From NCBI GenBank assembly GCA_945906965.1, contig CAMDRP010000001.1, positions 32,908 to 96,907 on the forward strand: 64,000 bases of DNA. The letters run 5' to 3'. This DNA is from Opitutus sp. GAS368. GTDB taxonomy: Bacteria; Verrucomicrobiota; Verrucomicrobiia; Opitutales; Opitutaceae. Shown here piece after piece: positions 31,001 to 38,725 of this stretch. Position numbers and translations under genes: made by a program. How positions within the stretch are numbered: the stretch's first letter is position 1; the number at the start of each line of letters is the position of its first letter. The notes under the pieces are model-generated. The model saw only the letters and a program-made list of their open reading frames with translations. It searched no databases and was not told the origin of the DNA.

Positions 31001-31860
31001 TGGGCGTCCTGCACGCGCTGGTTGAGACGACTGCGCAGACTCTTCTTCTCTTCGAGCGCGATTTCTTGTTCTTCGCGACTGGTGCGACGGCTATCAGCTT
31101 CGGCACGCAGGGTGGCGACATCGGCTTCGAGCGCGCCGAGCGTGGCGGTGAGTTGGGAGTGATGAAAACCGCTCCAGGCGAGGCTGAGGTGGCGCAGGCG
31201 ATGGTTGAGTCGCTTGTAACGCATGGCCTTAGCCGCTTGACGACGAAGACTGCCAATCTGGCGCCCGACTTCGCCGACCACATCCGCCACGCGGGCGAGA
31301 TTTTGATCGGTCAACGCGAGCTTGCTCATAGCTTCACGCCGCTGACTCTTGTACTTGGTGATGCCGGCAGCTTCTTCGAAAACTGCGCGGCGCTCCTCGG
31401 GCTTCGAAGAGAGAATCTGGTCAATCTGGCCCTGAGCCATGATCGAGTAGCTAGTCCGGCCGATGCCGGTATCCATGAAAAGTTTCTGAATGTCCTTCAG
31501 GCGGCAGGGTTGCCCGTTGAACGCGTATTCGCTCTGGCCGTCGCGGTAGACGCGGCGGGTGATTTCGATTTCGTGAAATTCGCTGCCAAGTTGTTTTTCG
31601 CAGTCCGTGAGGAGCAGAGAAACCTCGCACAACTGGGCGGGCTTGCGAGTGTCGGCGCCTTCGAAGATGACGTCCTGCATCTTGCCGCCGCGCAGGGCTT
31701 TCGCGCTCTGTTCACCGAGCACCCAGCGGATGGAGTCTGCGATGTTGGATTTGCCGCAGCCGTTGGGACCCACCACGGCCGTCACACCGGGTTCGAAACG
31801 TAGGGTCGTGGGGTCAGCGAAGGACTTGAAGCCGTGCAGTTTTAGAGCCTTGAGATACAT
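28021..31860 (-). CDS. smc: Chromosome segregation protein SMC
   Basis: 1279 aa. Walker A GPNGCGKSN, long coiled coils, a hinge, the signature LSGGQKTLTAVALLFAL and Walker B CLLDELDAPLD. Confidence 0.95.
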   Translation of the reverse strand: MYLKALKLHGFKSFADPTTLRFEPGVTAVVGPNGCGKSNIADSIRWVLGEQSAKALRGGKMQDVIFEGADTRKPAQLCEVSLLLTDCEKQLGSEFHEIEITRRVYRDGQSEYAFNGQPCRLKDIQKLFMDTGIGRTSYSIMAQGQIDQILSSKPEERRAVFEEAAGITKYKSQRREAMSKLALTDQNLARVADVVGEVGRQIGSLRRQAAKAMRYKRLNHRLRHLSLAWSGFHHSQLTATLGALEADVATLRAEADSRRTSREEQEIALEEKKSLRSRLNQRVQDAQQGVYDVRSQKEAAENAANLAHIRRAGLEDRLGSSRGNLGELEMQLREVTAQGDTAAQDKQHELGLLGSSDAVFQQRNRELAIVEGELTKIEQDLQQAKFQLLQFESIVARLRTDCSGYEVDQKTSAHRHDSLAQEIESIRQQQAAAAQQVAELDARTEEALGEKSRAHSESVTAQQAITTLTSEFREAQRKLSEIDRQLAQRTARLKLLQQLQERWEGFGEGAKAVLQGRLETALNGAKASPISQGLDVKPEFGKAVEAILGSAAEAISVSDLSTAQRILAQLENEQIGSAILRITECGVRQEAAYELPAGLISASTAVSSDIEGHPALALFGSCYIADDLPAFLEFWRANPGFAFLAVATRKGDLVDRRGLVYGGYHGSKKSSNSIVQREIDLRETAKALADEQRLHDEQKLAIDALNARLAEAEQLLEQRRAEILAITQTVAAVQAEQRNAQRNAEEIISKLRRMENELTGLEQARNEAHARWEKAQLGLTTAEADGIAQRERIAHDEKRIVELRTDRDVKRDSLAQARLELAERRQKVEVLDRGLGEMARRSQQLGELLVQRQQEIESWTDQVSELASESDGQRARSVQLGETLVIAQEQVEKIRVELVDVEREINGLESAQHSLRSDAEAAQSALAKHDIKLAGDRQRAQFIAEEVTREFQANIAQLDWRHFYWHADGEPEGMKLLDLDEEDEGEEAAPPAPAPEATMAADGEVAEPIKRRRKPKGPKPDPTPEDLAGLENIHWGETKSEIDMLRTRLNGLGAVNLVAIEEYAELKQRHDFLRTQTDDLTNAKAELIKAIDEINLTSQQQFSLTFEQIKKNFEYTFHTLFGGGRAALELIATDDVLESGIEIVAQPPGTKLKSITLLSGGQKTLTAVALLFALYMVKPSPFCLLDELDAPLDESNIGRFTDLLKKFVGESQFIIITHNKRTVSAASAIYGVTMEERGVSKTVSMHFNNEHSIAEKPTVNIAEAVSGARAGATAGLPSA

Positions 31861-31909
31861 GAAAAGAAAGAGTGTGAGCGTCCCTACTGAGCGCGAGCAA
31901 ACGGAAAAA

Positions 31910-33451
31910 TTATTTCCCTGCCCTAGCGTCCTTTAGCACACCTGTGACAAGGTAAAAACGATCCGTCCAGCTCCCGTAAGTGTGCAAAGTACAACTCCCG
32001 ACATCGGCAAACACACTCGGCGCCGTTGCCAGCAATTTGGCCTCAAATTGCGCCTGCAGCAACGGGCCATGGTAAGCGCTCCATTCGTCGTGATAATCAA
32101 TTACGCGCAAGAGCAACGCCCCACCCGCCTCGTTAAAATGCTGCCGGAGTTCATCCAACGGTAAAGAGCTCAATAAATCGGTCTCACGCCACTTTAAGTC
32201 AGGATGCACCTGCCGAAGTTTCTCCATCTGCGCGGCGCGATCCTTCGCGGGTAGACCCGAAAATTCTTTAATCAGACGCAGCGAGATATCCGCCGGTCGC
32301 ACCAGAGCCAAGGCCAGCAAAGCAGCTAGACACCACGCCGCGCGCACACCGCAACGCCGTTCGATCCAGTTTGCGCTGGCAGCGAGACCCAAGGCCGCCA
32401 ACACACACCCCAAAGGCAATACGTGGCTTAGGTTACGCTCAAAAAAAACACTCCGCGTGCAAAAGTACCCAGCAAATAAAACCACGGGGGCCGCCAAAAC
32501 CACGCACTCCGTCCTGCGACGCTGCCACCACAAAGCCAAACCCCCGCCTACCCCCGCTACCAAGCCCAGCCCGCCTAATGTGCTCATATAATAACGCGTC
32601 AAAAGCGCCGTCGCCGTTTCATCCATGAGCGGGCTGTGCGGCGGATGCAGCCCCGCGTATTGCTGCGTCAAATACACCACACCGCGCGCATAAATCTCCA
32701 GATGCGCCACCGCATCGGGCGCCCCGACCGCGAAGCCAACGATCAAGCCCGTCAACGTGAGTCCCGCCGTCCAAGCCCACCGACCTAGTCCCACCACCGC
32801 TCCACGTTCGACGGGAATTAACGCCACCAGCGGCAGCCAAGCCATAGCTAATATCGAAATCTTGCAGGCCACCGCGAGACCGACGACCACCGCTGCGCCA
32901 AAAACACGCCACTTGGAAAACCTACCCCGCGGCAAACTCAACAGCACCGCCGCCAACGTCAGTACCGTCACAAATGCCTCCGGCCGCGCATAGTGTGCAT
33001 CCTGCACCAAACCCGGCTGCACCGCCGCCAACGTTCCCGCCACGAGCCCGACGCTCACCCCGCCGAACCTTCGCGCCAACCACCACGTTTGCATGACCGC
33101 TAGCGTCGCCAGTAAGACGGAGAAAAACCGATACACCCAAAATCCCCCATCGCGCGAACGCCACTCGTCCACTGCGGGAATCAGTTTCACCAACCGATAA
33201 AAGCCAAACGTCGCGTGCAGGTACGAAGCGAAGTTATACTGCTCATAATTAAACCCTGGCTCGAGTTTCGCTTTCGCCCAATTGCTGTCCCAATCGCCCG
33301 AACTGCGCATGTAGCGGACGACTTCAAAAGTGATCGTCTCGTCCGGATGCCCGTAGTTTTCCGAGTAATGCGCGGAGCGAAAACCGAATGCCACAATCAC
33401 AAGCAGCAACGGCCCGAGCCATCTCCGCCATGAAATGATGAGCGCGCGCAT
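31910..33451 (-). CDS. Polytopic membrane glycosyltransferase, GT39/ArnT-like (putative)
   Basis: 513 aa with about 11-12 TM helices. An early loop with HPDE is followed by a C-terminal soluble domain. The assignment rests on architecture only. Confidence 0.5.
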   Translation of the reverse strand: MRALIISWRRWLGPLLLVIVAFGFRSAHYSENYGHPDETITFEVVRYMRSSGDWDSNWAKAKLEPGFNYEQYNFASYLHATFGFYRLVKLIPAVDEWRSRDGGFWVYRFFSVLLATLAVMQTWWLARRFGGVSVGLVAGTLAAVQPGLVQDAHYARPEAFVTVLTLAAVLLSLPRGRFSKWRVFGAAVVVGLAVACKISILAMAWLPLVALIPVERGAVVGLGRWAWTAGLTLTGLIVGFAVGAPDAVAHLEIYARGVVYLTQQYAGLHPPHSPLMDETATALLTRYYMSTLGGLGLVAGVGGGLALWWQRRRTECVVLAAPVVLFAGYFCTRSVFFERNLSHVLPLGCVLAALGLAASANWIERRCGVRAAWCLAALLALALVRPADISLRLIKEFSGLPAKDRAAQMEKLRQVHPDLKWRETDLLSSLPLDELRQHFNEAGGALLLRVIDYHDEWSAYHGPLLQAQFEAKLLATAPSVFADVGSCTLHTYGSWTDRFYLVTGVLKDARAGK

Positions 33452-33548
33452 GGATCCCCTTTAGCCTGCGTTGCTCGGAAATAAACCCATTCGCATACTC
33501 GGGCGATACCGTGAGCACGCGCGGCGCCGCAAGGTTAAACCCGTTTCT

Positions 33549-34991
33549 TCACTTATGATCCCAGGGGAATTTCACGTCGATGCGGCGGTGTTTCCACACT
33601 TCAAACACGTCAAACATTTTCCCCGGATTCAAAATTCCTTTAGGGTCGAGCGCCTGCTTCACGGCTTGCATGGCGCGCACTTGCGCCGGCGAGTGCTGCA
33701 ACCGTAAAAAAGGCGACTTCGCCAAACCAATTCCGTGTTCGCCCGAGATCGCACCGCCCAGTGCTACGACGGTTTGCATGAGTTTTTGCACCGCTTTTTC
33801 TGCGGCCCGCACTTCGGTCGGCACCGCTTTATGGTACATGATATTTACATGGAGATTGCCGTCCCCCAGATGCCCGAAGGTCGGAATCGAGAGCTTCGAC
33901 TCCCTCCTCAATTTCTCCAGAAACACGGCAAACGCCTCGTAGTTTCGCATCGGCACGACGATGTCTTCGTTGAGCTTGGCGTCGCCGAGTTCGAACATCG
34001 CGCCCGAACATTTACGGCGTACCGCCCATAACGCCTCCGCCTCGGCTCGATTCTTCGCGGCTCGATGCGCCAGCGCGGAATCGGCGGCCCACGCCAAGAC
34101 GGTTTTCTTCACTTCGCGCACTTCACTTGCCGTGCCAGCCAGTTCGATTAACAAAACCGGTTTCCCTCGTTGCCCTTTAAATACCGTCGCGCCGGTAGCG
34201 CGCTCGGCGCACATCACCGAGTAGCGATCAAGAAACTCGCAGATCGCCGGTTGCACCCGCGCGCGAAATAGCGCCCGCACCGCCTGAAACGCTTCGATCT
34301 CCGTTTTAAACGCTGCGAGCAAGGTCCACCGCGCGGCCGGCGTCGGGATCAGTTTCAGCGTCGCCGCCGTCACGATTCCGAGCATCCCTTCGCTGCCGAT
34401 CCATAGATCCCGCAGGTTGAAGCCGGCGGAAAACTTCTTCGTGGGCGCGCCCCATTTGACGAATTCACCCGTCGGCAAAAACCCTTCGAGCGCGAGGATG
34501 AAATCCCGCGTCACCCCGTACTTACCGCCGTGCATACCACCAGCATTACAAGCGATGTTACCGCCGATGGTGCAGTATTCGCGCGACGAGGGATCGGGCG
34601 GATAAAACCAACCCACGGCTTCCGTCGCACGTTGGATGTCGGCCACTTTCGCGCCGGCTTGTACCTGGGCCATGCCGGCTTCGGTATCGACGCTGATTTT
34701 GTTTAGGCCGAGCATATCGACGACCCAGCCTCCACGGCGCGGCGCCGCGGCGCCGGTCAACGTCGTCCCCCGGCCACGCACGGTCACGGGTACGCCGTGG
34801 CGATTCGCAAGCGTGAGCACCACGCCGATGTCCGCCTCGCGACGAGGGAAGATCACCGCCTCGGGTAAAAACGGCAGTTTGCTGCTATCATATGATGCGG
34901 CCTGACACGCCGCGTCGTCCGTGCGCACGCTCTTACGGCCTAGTTTGCGCTGCAATTCCGTCGTGGCTTTCGCAAATGTCTTCATTTTCAA
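33549..34991 (-). CDS. FAD-linked oxidase (GlcD / D-lactate dehydrogenase family)
   Basis: 480 aa. FAD-binding PCMH-type domain (VTVRGRGTTLTGAA) and the C-terminal FAD-oxidase motif GEHGIGLAK...DPKGILNPGK. Confidence 0.85.
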   Translation of the reverse strand: MKMKTFAKATTELQRKLGRKSVRTDDAACQAASYDSSKLPFLPEAVIFPRREADIGVVLTLANRHGVPVTVRGRGTTLTGAAAPRRGGWVVDMLGLNKISVDTEAGMAQVQAGAKVADIQRATEAVGWFYPPDPSSREYCTIGGNIACNAGGMHGGKYGVTRDFILALEGFLPTGEFVKWGAPTKKFSAGFNLRDLWIGSEGMLGIVTAATLKLIPTPAARWTLLAAFKTEIEAFQAVRALFRARVQPAICEFLDRYSVMCAERATGATVFKGQRGKPVLLIELAGTASEVREVKKTVLAWAADSALAHRAAKNRAEAEALWAVRRKCSGAMFELGDAKLNEDIVVPMRNYEAFAVFLEKLRRESKLSIPTFGHLGDGNLHVNIMYHKAVPTEVRAAEKAVQKLMQTVVALGGAISGEHGIGLAKSPFLRLQHSPAQVRAMQAVKQALDPKGILNPGKMFDVFEVWKHRRIDVKFPWDHK

Positions 34992-35139
34992 GTTCAGCCA
35001 AACCAGCTCGTGCTCACGGGCAATGCGATTCCCTGCACTTTGTGTTTAACGTGACGCATCGGTTCCGCTTCAACCAACCACGCGTCCGCGTGATTTGCGC
35101 CACGAAGTCACTCTTCGCTTAACGGCATGACTAAACTTT

Positions 35140-35156
35140 CGCTTCACTTTCCGCGG
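35140..35156 (+). promoter_or_regulatory. CGCTTC box upstream of the 2-hydroxyacid dehydrogenase gene
   Basis: CGCTTCACTTTCCGCGG; the exact hexamer starts 48 nt before the ATG at 35188. Further copies lie at 35066-35071, with a variant CGCTTA at 35116-35121. Confidence 0.3.
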
Positions 35157-35187
35157 ACTCGTGTGCGATTGTTCATCCTCTCATACC

Positions 35188-36147
35188 ATGACTCGCGTCC
35201 TCCTCACGACCACTTCTTTCCAAGACACGCCCGGCATCCATCACGAGATGCTGGCCGCCGCCAACTTCGAGATCGTTCGCGAACGCGGCCCTCTCTCCGA
35301 AGCGCGCATGCTGGAACTCGCCGGACAATTCGACGCCTACCTCTGCGGCGATGACGCCCTCACCCGCGCCGTCATTCAGAAATCTCTCCCGCGCCTCAAG
35401 GTCATTTCCAAATACGGAATCGGCCTCGACAAGATCGATGTCAAAGCCGCCACCGATCTCAAGGTGCCCGTGCTCTTCACGCCCGGCGTCAATCACACCA
35501 CGGTCGCCGAACACACATTCTGCCTCATGCTCGCCGCCGTGCGCAACCTCGTCGTCGAGGCCAATCACACCGCCGCCGGCCGTTGGACGCGCATCACCGG
35601 GAACGAGGTCTGCGGCAAGACCCTCGCTATTGTCGGCTTCGGCCGCATCGGCAAAGAGGTCGCTATCCGCGCCAAAGCATTCGGCCTGAAAGTCATCGGC
35701 TACGGCAACTACTGGGACGAGGACTTTGCCCGTTGGCACGACATCACGCGCGTCGAAAACTTCGAGGACGTCCTCCGCCAGGCCGACATCATCTCCCTGC
35801 ACACGAAGCTCACGCCCGCCACCAAGGGCCTCATCAACGCCACTAATTTTCCCCTTGTTAAAAAAGGCGCCGTCATCGTCAACACCGGCCGCGGCGAACT
35901 CGTCGATCTCACCGCGCTCGTCGCCGCCCTCAAGTCGAAGCACCTCCTCGCCTACGCCGCCGACGTGCTTGACCAAGAGCCGCCGCCCGCCGACCACCCG
36001 CTCCTCGGCCTGCCTAATGTCATCATCACTCCGCACATCGGCTCGCGCACACACGAGAGCGTCCAGCGCCAAGCCTCCTGCGCCGTCGAAAATCTCACCC
36101 TTTTCCTCGCCGGTAAAAAACCCATCGCCCAAGCCAACGAAGTCTAA
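35188..36147 (+). CDS. D-isomer-specific 2-hydroxyacid dehydrogenase (PGDH/GHPR-like)
   Basis: From ATG 35188 (MTRVLLTT). NAD-binding [10 protein letters not shown], and catalytic-region motifs NTGRGELVD and ITPHIGS. Confidence 0.85.
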   Translation: MTRVLLTTTSFQDTPGIHHEMLAAANFEIVRERGPLSEARMLELAGQFDAYLCGDDALTRAVIQKSLPRLKVISKYGIGLDKIDVKAATDLKVPVLFTPGVNHTTVAEHTFCLMLAAVRNLVVEANHTAAGRWTRITGNEVCGKTLAIVGFGRIGKEVAIRAKAFGLKVIGYGNYWDEDFARWHDITRVENFEDVLRQADIISLHTKLTPATKGLINATNFPLVKKGAVIVNTGRGELVDLTALVAALKSKHLLAYAADVLDQEPPPADHPLLGLPNVIITPHIGSRTHESVQRQASCAVENLTLFLAGKKPIAQANEV

Positions 36148-36161
36148 TCTGCTCCTGCCCG

Positions 36162-36177
36162 CGCTTCACTCCGCTTC
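36162..36177 (+). promoter_or_regulatory. Tandem CGCTTC boxes upstream of the Ldh_2-family gene
   Basis: CGCTTCACTCCGCTTC; the hexamers start 49 and 39 nt before the ATG at 36211. Confidence 0.3.
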
Positions 36178-36210
36178 TTTCTTGTTTCTAAACTCTTAAC
36201 GTTTCCTCCC

Positions 36211-37308
36211 ATGCCCGAACTATTCTACGTCGTCCCGGAAAAACAGCACAACGATCTCGTCGCCGCCGCTTACCAACATCGCGGTTTCCACGCCGATGAA
36301 TCCGGCGAAGGCGCCCGCTTCTGCGCCGAGGCTTCGCGCCACGGCATCCGCACGCACAACGGCATTAAGGCTCTCCACCTCGACCATCTGTTCGGATCGG
36401 GTTCGCAGGGCTGCGTCCCCGGCGCGCAGATCGAGGTCAAACCCTCCCGCTTCGAGGCTGCCAAGATTTGGAACGCCAACAAAAAGCTCGGCCAATCCAC
36501 CGCCTACCGCGCCATGGATGAAGCCATGCGCCTAGCCGATAAATACGGCGTCGGTACCGTTTCCGTCGACAACGCCTTTCATTATCTCTGGGGCGGCGGC
36601 TACGTCATGGAAGCCGCAAAGAAGGGCTACATTGCCTACACCAATTGCACCGCGGCCCTCGCCGAGGTCGTGCCATTCGGCGGCAAGTTCCCCACGCTCG
36701 GCACCAATCCCCACTCCTGGGGTTTCCCCACCACCGAGGCCGTCGGCTATCCGATCGTGATCGACTGGGCCACCTCAGTCGTAGCCATGGGCCGCGTCCA
36801 ACAACTCAAGCGTGAAGGCAAACCACTCCCGCCTCTTGCCGCCGTCGATAAAGACGGCAACCCTACCACCGATCCCAACCAAGCTGTCTCGCTCCTGCCC
36901 TTCGGCGCGCACAAGGGCTACGGGCTTTCGCTCATCAACGAGATCGTCGGCGGTTTCATCGGCGGCTCGCTCCCCACAATTCGCAACCGCTGGAATCAAG
37001 CCCAGGGCGACAAGGGCACGTGCGTGTTCTTCTTCCAAGTCATCCACCCGGATGCGATCAACGGCGGCGCGTTCGCCAAGGGCCGCAACCAATCCCAAAA
37101 CGTAAAAGCCGTCATCGCCGATGTCCTCGGCCACGGCAACGAGAAGTCTATGCTCCCCGGCCAACTCGAAGCCGGCTGGGCCAAGCACACCGCCGCCGCC
37201 GGCGGCCTGCTCTTCTCCAAAGCCGAGGTCGAAGCCTTCAACGAACTCGCCACCGAAGCCCACCAACCGCTCTGGGATGTCGCCACGCTGAAATCCGTCA
37301 CCATCTAA
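36211..37308 (+). CDS. Ldh_2-family (malate/L-lactate/sulfolactate/diketogulonate-type) NAD(P)H dehydrogenase
   Basis: 365 aa. By eye it aligns with YbiC/DlgD-type proteins: HGIRTHNG, NAFHYLWGGGY, GTNPHSWGFP, FGAHKGYGLSL. Confidence 0.75.
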   Translation: MPELFYVVPEKQHNDLVAAAYQHRGFHADESGEGARFCAEASRHGIRTHNGIKALHLDHLFGSGSQGCVPGAQIEVKPSRFEAAKIWNANKKLGQSTAYRAMDEAMRLADKYGVGTVSVDNAFHYLWGGGYVMEAAKKGYIAYTNCTAALAEVVPFGGKFPTLGTNPHSWGFPTTEAVGYPIVIDWATSVVAMGRVQQLKREGKPLPPLAAVDKDGNPTTDPNQAVSLLPFGAHKGYGLSLINEIVGGFIGGSLPTIRNRWNQAQGDKGTCVFFFQVIHPDAINGGAFAKGRNQSQNVKAVIADVLGHGNEKSMLPGQLEAGWAKHTAAAGGLLFSKAEVEAFNELATEAHQPLWDVATLKSVTI

Positions 37309-37310
37309 TC

Positions 37311-37325
37311 CGCTTCCCTCGCTTC
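37311..37325 (+). promoter_or_regulatory. Tandem CGCTTC boxes upstream of the kinase gene
   Basis: CGCTTCCCTCGCTTC; the hexamers start 48 and 39 nt before the ATG at 37359. Confidence 0.3.
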
Positions 37326-37358
37326 CTTCTCACGTCTTAAAACTCCTCTTTTTATACT

Positions 37359-38453
37359 ATGAGCCTCACCCTCAAACCCGCCAACACCTGCGCTTTTGAC
37401 CAAATCTCGCTCGGCGAAGTCATGCTTCGCCTCGATCCCGGCGAGGGCCGCATCCGCACCGCCCGCGAGTTCCAAGTCTGGGAGGGCGGCGGCGAGTACA
37501 ACACCTCCCGCGGTCTCCGCAAATGCTTCGGCTACAAAACCGCCGTCGTCACCGCGTTCGTCGACAACGAGGTCGGCCACCTCGTCGAAGACTTCATCAT
37601 GCAGGGCGGCGTCGCCACCGATTTCATCAAATGGCGCGATGACGACGGAATCGGCCGCACGGTCCGCAACGGGCTCAACTTCACTGAGCGCGGCTTCGGC
37701 GTGCGCGGAGCCGTCGGCAACCCCGACCGCGGCAACACTGCCGCTTCCCAGCTCAAGCCCGGCGACATCGATTGGGATCACATCTTCGGTAAGCTCGGCG
37801 TGCGCTGGTTCCACACTGGTGGCATCTTCGCCGCGCTCTCCACGTCCACTGCCGAGCTTACGGTCGAGGCCGTCAAAGCCGCCAAGAAGTACGGAACCAT
37901 CGTGTCCTACGATCTAAACTACCGTCCCTCGCTTTGGAAGACCATCGGCGGCCTCAAGAAGGCCCAAGAGGTCAACCGCGAGATCGCCAAATACGTCGAT
38001 GTCATGATCGGTAACGAAGAGGACTTTACTGCCTCCCTCGGCTTTGCCGTCAAGGGCGCCGAAAACCTCGGCCACATCGAGACCGACGCCTTCAAGGCCA
38101 TGATCGAGACCGCCGTGAAAGAATTCCCCAACTTCAAAGTCGCCGCCACCACGCTCCGCCACGTCATCACCGCCACCAAGAACGACTGGAGTGCGATCCT
38201 CTGGCACGACGGCAAGTTCTTCGAGAGCCGCCAATACCCCGGCCTCGAAATCCTCGACCGCGTCGGCGGCGGCGATAGCTTTGCCTCGGGCGTTCAGTTT
38301 GGTTTCATGGAGTTTAACGACGCCCAGAAAGCCGTCGAGTACGGTGCCGCCCACGGGGCCCTCGCTTCGACGACCCCTGGCGACACCTCGATGGCCACCC
38401 GCAAAGAAGTCGAGAAACAGATCTCCGGCGGCGGCGCCCGCGTCGTCCGCTGA
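37359..38453 (+). CDS. PfkB-family sugar kinase, 2-keto-3-deoxygluconate kinase-like
   Basis: 364 aa. KdgK-like N-terminus (ISLGEVMLRLDPGEGRI...GGGEYNTSRGL) and the C-terminal PfkB motif DRVGGGDSFASG. Confidence 0.8.
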   Translation: MSLTLKPANTCAFDQISLGEVMLRLDPGEGRIRTAREFQVWEGGGEYNTSRGLRKCFGYKTAVVTAFVDNEVGHLVEDFIMQGGVATDFIKWRDDDGIGRTVRNGLNFTERGFGVRGAVGNPDRGNTAASQLKPGDIDWDHIFGKLGVRWFHTGGIFAALSTSTAELTVEAVKAAKKYGTIVSYDLNYRPSLWKTIGGLKKAQEVNREIAKYVDVMIGNEEDFTASLGFAVKGAENLGHIETDAFKAMIETAVKEFPNFKVAATTLRHVITATKNDWSAILWHDGKFFESRQYPGLEILDRVGGGDSFASGVQFGFMEFNDAQKAVEYGAAHGALASTTPGDTSMATRKEVEKQISGGGARVVR

Positions 38454-38501
38454 TCGTCTCTTATAGTCTAAGCGAGGTGCCTCCACCCCGCCGACCCCTT
38501 C

Positions 38502-38534
38502 AGCCCGAGCCTAAACCGCTCGGGCTTTCTTCTG
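38502..38534 (+). terminator. Candidate intrinsic terminator after the kinase gene
   Basis: Hairpin AGCCCGAG-CCTAAACCG-CTCGGGCT followed by TTCTTCTG (an imperfect T-run). Confidence 0.55.
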
Positions 38535-38686
38535 CCCCAAGAGCGCGCTCGAGGTTTTCTTTGAAGCCAATGCATTTCCCGAGAAGTTTAATTAAGTTAC
38601 CGACGAGTTTAACTTCTTTCCCTACGAATCCAACTCCCTCCGTCTTTCCACCGGGCTTCAAAAACATTCGCCTCCCTTCGGCCTTT

Positions 38687-38692
38687 CGCTTC
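38687..38692 (+). promoter_or_regulatory. CGCTTC box upstream of the SGNH-DUF1080 gene
   Basis: The exact hexamer starts 39 nt before the ATG at 38726, inside a polypyrimidine leader (TTTCGCTTCCTCCTTCTCCGCCCC). Confidence 0.3.
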
Positions 38693-38725
38693 CTCCTTCT
38701 CCGCCCCTGTTTTCCTTTTATCCAC

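Noticed and set aside
30316-31803. A 495-aa ORF antisense to smc, together with many 60-260-aa ORFs in other frames across 28-32 kb.
   Set aside because: The same antisense-frame artefact applies. The SMC reading frame carries all motifs (Walker A/B, signature) and explains the region.
38477-38725. The 83-codon N-terminal extension of the SGNH-DUF1080 ORF in the track (MPPPRRPLQPEPK...).
   Set aside because: The extension runs across the terminator hairpin of the upstream kinase gene and is Pro/Ser-rich low complexity. A proper signal peptide starts at the ATG at 38726.
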